64,000 nucleotides of DNA, from positions 250,913 through 314,912 of the forward strand of contig NMRA01000047.1 in NCBI GenBank assembly GCA_002633005.1, in the 5' to 3' direction. Source of the DNA: Phoronis australis. Lineage: Eukaryota > Animalia > Phoronida. Both the position numbers and the translations under genes were made by a program. Under the pieces are notes generated by a model. That model worked only from the letters and a program-made list of their open reading frames with translations, was not told the origin of the DNA and made no database searches. Below, in pieces: positions 41,201 to 53,200 of this stretch; the first letter of the stretch is position 1; the number at the start of each line of letters is the position of its first letter.

Positions 41201-44200
41201 ACACTGCTTCTTATTAATTACCCTCTTATTATACATGACAAATATTCCCATCACGGCTTGATAATAACAAGGCCAAAACTTTACATTGTTCCACGTCTCA
41301 GACATAACATCAGAAGATAGAACCGTCTCTTAATACAAATTAAGGCGTAAACAATTAAACAATATCAAACTCTATTAACAGAGTTTTAGTAAATCTGCAT
41401 CAGAAAATATTGAGAACTTTCATCTTGATACTAATTAGGAGGTATACGTCAATGCCAACACGGTTGATTTATATGCAAACAAAAATACCACAAGCTACTC
41501 ACAGACAAACTAAAAATCTTCCAACTTCATAGCTTTTCAGGTACATAATGTATAACAGTCTTCAGAGTATGAGTAATCATTGCATTATTGATACAGTCTA
41601 TCAGTTAATACGCTACTTACAATTCTCGCCTTAACACAGCAATTAAAACACGTCGTAAGAAATGATGTGAAAATAATGACTCTGTTCTTGACTGGTCGGG
41701 TGAGACAAACCTCATTAACATAATAATTTATAATCAATTACTGAAGTGGATCCTACTGAATTCTGAACTGTAACTATATCAAAATGAAATCCCAAGTGCA
41801 ACTCGGCACTAAATGAAAATGCCGCTGCAAACGAACAGATAAAAACCGTCAATAAAGCATTCACAAAAACTGATAATTCATCACCATTTGACTAATCTAT
41901 GTGAGTTTTCCTCGTAGTCGATAAACAATTCAGACATAAGAGAGTTGGCGGAGCATTCAGTGAGTCACCACAGTTAATAACTAAAGGGTGGAATGAAAGC
42001 TGAGAGTAAAACAGTGATGACTCTGTAGTGTCGAATCAATAAGAAGAGGCATCGATTTCCACTTAGACAGTCACAGAGTAAAGAATTTTTCTAATTTTAG
42101 ATTAACAGATAAATTCCAACAAATACTAAAACAGTTCAGCATTGTGTGACATCAAATGTGCCGTCTAGAAGCACCTGAGATACTGTGATAATGGCCAATT
42201 GACATTTACTTCAATCTAAACAAGAACATTAATGGCTTAACAAATCTTAACTATCACAAAAATTGAATTCAAAATAGTGTGAAACTCAAATCTATTATAA
42301 ATCTTAAGCAGATTCCTATGAGAACAATCATTAATATCATACATGGTAACAATTTTAATTCTAAAAATATAATTGTGACCCATTTTTCTTATTTAAAAGC
42401 TGTTCATAATTAGATATTAGAGTTAACTTGCAAGAACTAAGTACTGGCGTGAAAAACATCAGCTTTCTTCTTGAGCAAATATGCTCTTTCAAAGCAATGT
42501 CACGAAATTAGTAATAATAGAATGCCTTGAATTCCACTAATGGCCACTGTTGCCTTGGCAACTGAAATTGACCCACCCTGACATACAACTGAAGATTATG
42601 CAGGACCCTAGAAAAGCTCCAATTTTGGCCAACTTTGAAACGTCATTTCTCAGAAATGGCAGGTCAGATTCAGGTATTATGCTTAAATACATTGTTAGCT
42701 CGTTAGGAAGTGTTTTGAAAATGTTCCATTTTCCAAAAATAGGACTTGTATGACTTTGATGAAAAAGATTAACACTTTCACACAACGAAGACAAAACGAT
42801 AATTTAGAAAACTGAAACATAGTTCTTGAGATTATATTTCGAACAATGATAGTAATTTTTTTCATGTTATTAATCCTGTTCTCTTGGTATGAAAGTAACT
42901 TTCTTTTTTACTCAATTTCACTAAGAAAGCCTGGTAACATGATGAAATTAATGGCAGACTAAGTATAAAGTCAAAAATCAAATTTTACAGAATTTCTCTC
43001 AGAAAACATTTTGATGACTTAAAAAATCTATAGTTTCTAGATATTTAGCTCAATGTACAGTCTTTTCAATAAAGTCTTACATAAGCTTAGAGGGACCTAG
43101 TCTGAACCAATAACGATCAGTCAGTAAAGGCCTACATAGCCTGAAAAGGGACCTAGTCTGAACCAATAACGATAAGTCAGTAAAGGCCTATATAGCCTGA
43201 AAAGGGACATGCTATGAACATTCCCACTAAATAAGATTGGTTCTAACCCCAGTGGTTAAGGTAAACGGTGGGGTATGAAAAATTGAACTAGACCGTATTT
43301 ATCCACCTTGGCTGAGTCGCGCTCGGCTCAAAATCAAAGGGATGCCGCCAAGCTGCTCTAGTCAAGTCACGAGCGATGATAATTGGCTTCGCTCATGCGG
43401 ATATGATCAGCTGATTACAATCTAGCTAGCAGACTGTACTTTTTATGGAGAGAGTTTTACGTTGTTTTTACTGTAATATTTGAAAAGAGGAGCGAAAACA
43501 AATATGAGTACAACTTTGAATTTTTCAAATCGGCCCAGGATAAGAGATTTTGCAACACAGCAACACTCACGATTACTTTCATTCGGCGCGCACTAATACA
43601 AAAATATAGGACCCAANNNNNNNNNNNNNNNNNNNNNNNNNNNNNNNNNNNNNNNNNNNNNNNNNNNNNNNNNNNNNNNNNNNNNNNNNNNNNNNNNNNN
43701 NNNNNNNNNNNNNNNNNNNNNNNNNNNNNNNNNNNNNNNNNNNNNNNNNNNNNNNNNNNNNNNNNNNNNNNNNNNNNNNNNNNNNNNNNNNNNNNNNNNN
43801 NNNNNNNNNNNNNNNNNNNNNNNNNNNNNNNNNNNNNNNNNNNNNNNNNNNNNNNNNNNNNNNNNNNNNNNNNNNNNNNNNNNNNNNNNNNNNNNNNNNN
43901 NNNNNNNNNNNNNNNNNNNNNNNNNNNNNNNNNNNNNNNNNNNNNNNNGTTGATAGCAATGCACCACAATTTTGTAGAAAGGCTGTCATAGGCTACAAAT
44001 ACGTCACAGAGCGTAAATTTGATGAATCCTAGCTTCCGATTTTACCCGTTTGGGAAACCGGGTTTCAACTGCCGTAGGCTCACTACAATAAGCGTCCCCT
44101 CCCCGTGAAATAAATTTTTCTAAGCATTTGTTTGAGCCAATACAATATACAGCTTTCCACCAAGGCTAGGTGATGCAAGACATTATTACTTGTTCTTTGT

Positions 44201-47200
44201 TGCATTATAGTAACTGGTCTTGGCTAATTATCATTTTATGGCCTGATCATCCATTCAGCCAAAAGTAGTTCCAGAGGTGGCTTGTCAGCCAATTATTCAC
44301 GCATGCTGACTCACAATAGAAGCCTGATAAGAGTGAAGGTGGATAAATGCCGTGTTCCAACAGTTTCTTGTTTTAGTGGATGTGTTCACAACATGGACCT
44401 AGTCTGAACCAATAATGATCAGTCAGTAAAGGCCTATATAGCCTGAAAAGGGACCTAGTCTGAACCAATAACGATCAGTCAGTAAAGGCATATATAGCCT
44501 GAAAAGGGACCTAGTCTGAACCAATAACGATCAGTCAGTAAAGGCCTACATAGCCTGAAAAGGGACCTAGTCTGAACCAATAACGATCTGTCATCTTTCT
44601 TCTGAAGCCTAGAAGTTATTTGTAATGCGAGGACAGGTCTTTAAAACCAATGTTATGGCAGTTCGGTAAGTGGGGCTTACATTTTACATGGAGTTTGGAC
44701 AAAAAGAGAGGGTTTAATTCAAAGCTGGCTGCGGGTGGTCTCATCTGGTTTAAGCATAAGCTGAACACTAACCTACAATATTTAACCTTTAATGCCATGA
44801 CTTCGTTAACAAGCACCATTTTCTCCAATTACTCGCTATTTTAAGAGAAATCCACATTTTATTGCGAGTTCCCATTGACAGCAATCAATGCAAAAATCAG
44901 TTTGCTAAGCACTGTAACATACATGACAGACAGTTGTTTACTTCAAAGGAGAAGGTTAGGTCAGGTCAAAAATGATGTAACGCCAATGAAAGCTCAAGGA
45001 GATGAACAAAACAAAGCCTTCACATGTCAAAGTCTCCAGAAATCCCAAGGGCTCTGCAACGTAAAATCACCTTCAGATTTCAGCTTTTAGTAAAGCTCCA
45101 TAATTTATTATTTTCAGTTTTCCTGCGGAAATGGCCATTCTCAAAGAACCAAAGATTGATCTGATTAGAGAATTTCTGGCAAAATAAATAAGCCGAGCTG
45201 CCCTCTGTGGGTCCAAAAACTTCAAACAAAACAGTTTTGCTTATTTGAAACATCAGCTGAGTTTCTCGTTCTTGAACCGAAAGACAATTATTCACTACAT
45301 TTCGGCCCTACAATCACTGCATAAAAAAGACTTTTCAAACATTTGACTGCATACCTATACATTTTCAAATTAAAAAACACACGTATGCATAAAACCATAA
45401 CTATGGTAACGTATATTCGTTATGACAACACCACATTATGTCGCACAGAAAGTCAATATTGAATTCTTTTGTTCACGACACACGCATGCATTGCAATGCT
45501 TTCTCCATGCTGTATCGGCCCCTTAACACAGCATTATGATGGACACTGAGTCTACAGTTAAATACATTTTTCATAACACAAGTATACGGTGCAATGCATC
45601 ATCGGAACAAAAACGCATTATTAGATCACATGGTTTTACATGATGTGCATGTGCCTTTGACTTTATCAATGAATCAGTCAGGTTACCAAAATCCACAATA
45701 TGTTTACAGTACATGTAATTCTTCAACTATTTATCACACAATATGATGGACACGAAAAATTTATTTTGTCAAATTTCTCAACAAAAAAAATGATTAAACA
45801 TTTTTCGTCTGAAGTATAGTAATTAGCCTTTGGAACATAGAAAAGTTACAATTCTGGGAATTGATTTTGTGTGAAATAAGTGAAGAAGTATTTTTTTCAA
45901 GGGTGCTTTGAATTAGCACCATCATTTGGAGAGATGTTTTGTCTTAATGTTGTTATTTGCTAAGTATGATTCATGCTATGACGTATTTATCGAGATTGAT
46001 TTCCAGCTAGCTATATGCGTGTTAGAACCGTGGACGGCACTTCACATCCGCAACTGGAGAACAACATGTGAACATGAACGACAACATTATCTCTGGTGAT
46101 TGCTCAACACTTCAGGATAACTCTATCCAACTCTATCCAACTCTATCTTCAGTGACTGATCAATAGCGAAGATGACTCAAACTAGAGATATCTCTGGCAA
46201 CATTCCACTATCGTGAAGACTCAATAGACACATCATAGAAAAGCATCTCTTTGATAGACTGAATTTGACCTCAGACTACACTCTATTGAAACGTAGAGAC
46301 ATTTGTCTTTGAAAATTCACTACGTGTACAGTACAAGTGATCACTATTGATTGGAGACAAATCATAGGTCTCAATCTTTACACATTGGAAGGATTCTGTT
46401 TTTCATTGAAAAAGCATGACATGCAGGTTACAATATTGTTCACCTGAGCACGCTGCCAATACATAGTTTGAATATTCACATTGAAGCTTCTGACCAAGCC
46501 ACACAACTCTGGTATAATATCACCGTCAAGTAGAATGAATGTCTCACTCACTCTCCCAATTCTCTCATTGGACAGTTTGTCACGATACTCTTTGCCAGGC
46601 CTCGATCTCATTGAACTGAAGTCACAATGTCTCATCACCCTGTTTCTCCAACATCTAGGATAGTCCCTGAACCAGCATTACAAAAATCACACTCAACCTG
46701 TGTTTCTGGGACCTCCAAAAGGCAGTCCCTGAACCAGCATTACTAAAGTCACACTCAACCTGTGTTTCTCCAACCTGATAAGGCAGTCCCTGAACCAGCA
46801 TTACTGAAGTCACACTCAACCTGTGTTTCTCCCACTCCCTAAGGCAGTCCCTCAACCAGCATTACTGAAGTCACACTCAACCTGTGTTTCTCCCACTCCC
46901 TAAGGCAGTCCCTCAACCAGCATTACTGAAGTCACACTCAACCTGTGTTTCTCCACTCCCTAAGGCAGTCCCTCAATCAGCATTTCTGAAGTCACACTCA
47001 ACCTGTGTTTCTCCCACTCCCTAAGGCAGTCCCTCAACCAGCATTACTGAAGTCACACTCAACCTGTGTTTCTCCCACCACCTAGGGCATTTCCTAAACA
47101 AGCATTACTAAAGTCACACTCAGCATGTGTTTCTCCCACCTCCTAGGACAGTCCCTGAACCAGCATTACTAAAGTCTCAACCTGAGTTTAATGAACCAGC

Positions 47201-50200
47201 ATTACTTAAGTCACACTTACCCTCATGTTTCTCCCACCCCTGCGGCAGTGTCTCTTCATCGGAAGACGATTCCTCCTCCAACTGAAACAAGAAGCAGCTT
47301 CACACTTAAGTGACAGTAGGGTATTACTTAAGAAGCAAAATCAATTCGTAATTAATAAAATCAAAAAGCAGAATATAAAATATGAAGCCCCAGTCGACCC
47401 AGAGAAATAAATTCAATGTCAACACTACAGCAGAACTTTCGAATACTGAACACATATTGCGATATGCAGCAATTTGTGAACAGAGTGAATCTAGGCAGAA
47501 GTCGGGCTTTCCAAATGTAATCTAATAGAAGATGGTTGGGTACAGTTTTTGCTGCCATTAGCTTGACGCTAAATTTGTAGAGAAACCGCTAACAAGGCCA
47601 TGATAGCTACGGTGTCGTCCAACTGTATGAGAGCAGTGAATTAATAATGAGATGCACATTCAAGGAGGAAGTATTTACCATATAGATGAGCCATTGGGCA
47701 CAGGCGTCTTTTATGTAAAATAATGTGTTTTATACCAAACAAACATTTAGATTTTAATTGACCCACTTGGGTATATACAGTTGGATGAAAACGGATGTGT
47801 ACTGATGGTGACGATAATAGTGATGGTGTTAGTGAGGATAAAGACAGAACACAATTAATATTGGAGAACATTTCTACTGCGACTATTCGAAAATACAACC
47901 AGGCTGAGGGTTCCACACAGGCTGTTTTAACAGGCTGTTTTAACAGGCTGTTGTAACCTCTTTTAATTTCAGTGGATGACTTTTTACCTTGATTGAATTC
48001 TCTTAATAACCTCTTTCCTACTTTATTTAAACTTGCTTATCCAGCTAATACATGTAGCATTGGTGCCTATATATGACTTATACTAATAAATGAGGTATTC
48101 TAATAAATGACTTATTCTAATAAAAAGACGTCACCAAAATGGATAAACTGAACTCCTCCAGCAGGACAACCCCTTCCATACCTAACCCCGAATGACCTCA
48201 TTCTTTCGAGCGTCCATTAAGCAATCAACTACATTTCCGCTCTCTTTTACTTTTGGGAAGTGGTGAATCCTGACAATGCAGATACAAGGCACCTTGAGGT
48301 CTTTGTCTGGCACTCTGGCATGATGCCAATATTAGGCCAAGTGAAGAATGCCAAAGAAAGCCTTACAACAAAACAACTTGCAAAAAACGGTAATTTTTCA
48401 TTTTTAAAAGGCTTCTAACAATGTTGTGAATACCCACAATTTCCTCGAACCATCTGATGCTAGCTATGGTGAACATCTTTACTGAAAAATTATAAGCATT
48501 TATCTGGTGTCCATTAGCTTTTATGAAGATTTTTTTTTTTAATTTTTTTACTTGTCGGCCATGTTGTGGCCCAATTTGCTGAGAATTTACCTTTACTGTT
48601 ACATAGGATGCATTGCAGTGTACAAAAATCAATAGGTTTATGCAACAACCAGTTAAGACAACAATACAAGGTCCACTGTACCCACACCACAATGGTGCCA
48701 TTCATTGTGTCCCCAAGGGCCCTCACTGTAGTTATCTATTTGCTTAATGTCATCTCCCTAACTCCCCAGATAGACCTAAATGTACAAGTGTTCCCCAGAA
48801 GTCAACTGGCTTATTTTTATATAAACGACAGTAGCTTTCTTATTCCCCAGACAAATCTTTATTGTGTTCGTGACATGACAACATCTACTGAGATTAGTAT
48901 TACAGAGGCCATTTTTGAAGAGAAGTTTGAGGTAAAAAGTTCAGACGCAGAGAGATAGCCATTGTAATGCTCATTCTCAGACAATGTAATAGTGATGCAA
49001 TAAATGTCAATTAATCTCGCAGTTGGGGGACTCAGAGAACATTTTGAGAATGGACTGTAAAAGATAGCATTTGCCTCTTCACGGATATCTAAGAAATATG
49101 CAACTGCACATCCCAAAACAGATGTGAAATTGACAAGAGTTCAAACTAGGAATTAGTAATATACAGTGACCTTCTTCACGCTGACCCAATTAACAAATGT
49201 AGCTTTCTCACTAAGACTAACACACTACTCAAAACCAATCATGAGAAGGTTTCATACAAATGACATCCATTTTAATGAAACATCATCTACACAAGGTAGT
49301 TTTAAAGGGGTCAGTGGCATGACCTTTCCACACCTTATAGTGCCAATGCTTTATGAGCTAACCACAAAAATGCGAAATGGACAAATGACCCTTATTCATT
49401 GCCCCCTCCAGCACAGGTTATCTACCTGGCAATGTGGGGCACTGAGGTCACCAATAATTGCAGACAATCACCATTAAACTCCTGTCCAAAAGCGTGGAAG
49501 TGAACTTAGCTCTACCCATGAAAATTCTGTAACGCACGAGGACTTGGTAAAACTCGAAACAAGTTTTTTACCTTTCACAAAAATTTTGCAATGTTGGGCA
49601 AAAATTGTCAGTGTGATTCATTTGAACACACTACAGCACAATGGCAGCGATTCAACCACGTAATTGCAAATGTCATGAAATCCCGCCGCCTAAAGTTTCT
49701 GTCTAAGTCACAGGAAAACTGCAGGCAGTGATCAACGCTGTCCATCCAATGCGCCGTCCATTCACAAGGCCAACATTTTGTGGGAAAATACCTATTTGTA
49801 CCCTCTTCAGTAAGTGCCTAGCAAACATGTCCACGTTAATAACAACGCTGAACTATGAACAACCCACACAACTGAACAGTATTACCAACACAGCAAGCCG
49901 GACAGGTTTCTTACGGCGCACCCGACCTCCGTAACGTCGTCTTTGCCGCTGAGCCATGGATCAGACATACCAGCAGGACATAAACCACATGACTAGAGTG
50001 ACATAGTCCAGTCAGTGTATTGACGTGCCAGCTAGCCTCAAGTTATGTCTCAGTTATTGAATTTCTTAGCCACTGAAAGCTGGCCTGGATTGTTAGCGCA
50101 AATACTATTCTACATAATCCAACTAACATTCAATTGTATAAACCAATATATGATGTGGAACTGATCGATGTTTATAGAGTACCGTAGAGATAATACAAAA

Positions 50201-53200
50201 CATGAGGCCCCATCTGTGATTGGCACAATATCAATACAAATTGACCTCTGATGCCATGTGCAGAAGCTGTGAGCGAAAGGTTACAACGACCACCAACACA
50301 GAATCCGTCAAAATAACAAAACTACCCTCAACATTCAGGCTAGCGCCCAGGGCCGTTAAATTGATAAGCAAGTCATGTCATTATTAACCCATATTGCTCC
50401 TTTACAGTCGAGCACTTTTTCTTCATCAGATCACAATGTTTGTAAATGTGTCTTATTTATTATCACTAATAGCAAAATTTGTCATTCCAAAGCCAAGAAA
50501 TACATGTTGTGGAATGTAAATGGCAAATTTAAACACAAGAATTTTGGAAAAAAATGAAGTTTCCTTGACGGCAAAGATCATTTCTGAGGAGGCAGTGTGG
50601 CCTAGTGTGATGGTGCCTGCCTTCTTTACTCGACGTCGTGGGTTCGAGTCCCACTGGACCACACAGCTAGACCCTCGAGTCAGGTTTCTAGCTTCTCAGC
50701 TCAGTTTTAACTATAAAGCACAAACATATTTCCAGGTGATCAGTGCAACGTGTACCAGACCGCCTGCAATTATTTTTTTTAAAAAGATCATTTCTTTTTA
50801 CTTCATTTCTTACAGACAAAGTGGAAATATGACCAAATACTCTACAGCACCCCTAACGTTTCTTACCTCAATGATCAAAAGAGCTAATCTCAGGACGACG
50901 CTATTAATAACTTAAGTAACAGTACAGTGACATGTTAAAGAAATAAGCAGATTGAAAAAGCAGTGACATTTCAGTATAGGTGAGAAGCTGAAATTTTAAT
51001 TTCTAGTTGAGTGGATAAATATACACAATCATTTTAATAAAGTTTGATTGGATTGATCACTGATGTTGGAGGCTAACAGTTGCCTAGTACGAGCAAAAGA
51101 GTGTTTAATGTGCAATGCCTGCAACAGTTAAAACAACTACGTTTGAATTTACCGTGAATCAAGATTAGAAATTTGTTCATGCTTGGTCGCCGTGGCAAAC
51201 TCAAGTTTACTGAGCAGTGGTTGCTAAAAGCACAAAGTAACTAGAGCTTGGAACTGCATATTCATTTCCACACCACGATTCGTCACGTGTGGCCACATTT
51301 TTAGCTATTAAGTCCGAGCACTTTCCCGATCATGTTACTGAGATAACCCACTGTGTACAACAACTCTTCTCTCTAAAGTGCTGTCCACACACACACTTGA
51401 CCTAAAACAAGATACTCCTGGAAGGAGTTGTATCCTAAGTTTGGAGGCTGTGCGGACGCTATTTAAACCAGTGCAATTATTTTGTCCCACATGTGACAAC
51501 TTACTCCACCACATTGAAGTAACTTGTTCTAGAATAACTTGTGCCACTTCTAATCGCTTTGTGGCTGCAAACCTAGGACGAAGCGGAAGTAATTATTAGC
51601 TGCGGTTACATACAGACGGATCTTCCATTGCACCTGGTATTCGCATCAGCTTTTCATTGTCGTGCAAAGAGTGAAAACTTATGCCTTGCGCTAGTTATCA
51701 GATGTGTGCGTGTGGGCAAGGGTGTGGACGCTCCATTTAAAGTGGGGCAAGTTGCACTAATGCAAGTTGTTCTAGGATAAGTCTGTGTGTGGACAGGACT
51801 TTACTAAGCATATAGTTAAGCAGAACACAAGATTGGAGCTACAATCAGTCAAATTTCAAAACAAGTGTAAACATTTATTTAAGAAAATATGATTTCAACC
51901 GCACAGTCGTCACTACACAACTCATTTGCAGTATAGTTTTTTGTTGAAGTATTAATTAACAAATAAAAAATAGAAAAACTACCAATTTAGGAATCATTTA
52001 TCAAGAGCATATATAAAATAAATGAAAATTACTGTTACTCTGACAAGCAGTCTTCGATGACCAGCATAACAGTAAAACGTACTTGAAGGTAGAACGTAAA
52101 ACCAGATAATACGTTACCATCAAAACGTTTCTTAAAAACATCACCAAAGTGTATGACTCCCTACCTGTTTTGCTGGTTTCTTAGGTTTGATCGGCCTAAT
52201 AACTACAGCATAGACGTCATCGTTGACCGGACCCTTGACGTGGTGAACACCGTCGACCTGTATACCGCTATCGTTGGAGTCGGGTGAATTGACACACTCA
52301 TTAATACTTTCAGGCTGTGACGAACTGAAAGCGGAGAAAAATATTTTAGGGTCACAGAACAGGGCAAAGACCAGTGTTTGAAACTTACTGCAAAAATTTG
52401 TTTTTGGTTCTCAGCATCAGGTCTCAGCAGGGGACAGGCTGGTGGCAGCGACAGAACATTTGCTCTCGTAGGGGAACAATCCACTTCATAAGGCACACCC
52501 TTCTTGCACTCATTGACCAACACTGGTTTTTATCTCATTCCAATATCGTGTGATTTCTTATAAGTCTTGGTTCAGTTCAATCTCTCATCTGGTTAATTCT
52601 CTATTCCCAATCTCAGCAGTGACATAGTTCTATTATATTGAGGTAGTATCATAATTTCTAAAATACAGTGTCTTGGTGATTTTCCAGAACACTTGCTTCA
52701 CAGGAATTTCTCATAGAGTTTGCCGCTAAAATCACAGCAAAGATCGCAGAATCTGGGATTACTTCAAGCATATTGAAATGTCACAATTTCATAACATTCT
52801 AACTCTAGCAACTTACTGATTCACTTCACTTTCCTCATCACCACTCAGAATGCCCTCTTCTTCTTTTCGTTTTCGAAGCGACTCCTCCAAGCTGGCATAA
52901 TATGTTAGGAAGCTGTCAGTCACCTTGGGTTCACGACTTTTGCCAATGTTAACTGTGGAATATGTGTCGTCCAGGTCGTCCTCATCTTCAATCTCCTCTA
53001 CGGAGTCCTTCAAACCACTCACATCAATACTTGAATACAGATCATCTTCTTCCTCTTCTTCAGAAAAGACCTTGGGCTTGGCCGGGCTTGATTTCTTCAT
53101 TTCGCTCACTGGGTCCTTACTAGGGTCTATACCCATTGACATGAGATCCATATGCGCGTATTTCTTCCGACGTTTTGTGGCGCCATGTTTTGGAGTGCTC

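Noticed and set aside
46615-47255. CRISPR-like appearance of this array and of 43092-44592
   Set aside because: The units are head-to-tail with no unique spacers, there are no cas genes, and the context is a eukaryotic intron.
50586-50660. Possible tRNA gene
   Set aside because: A and B boxes are present but I could not build a convincing cloverleaf, and homology among copies extends well beyond the tRNA-like head, which indicates a SINE.
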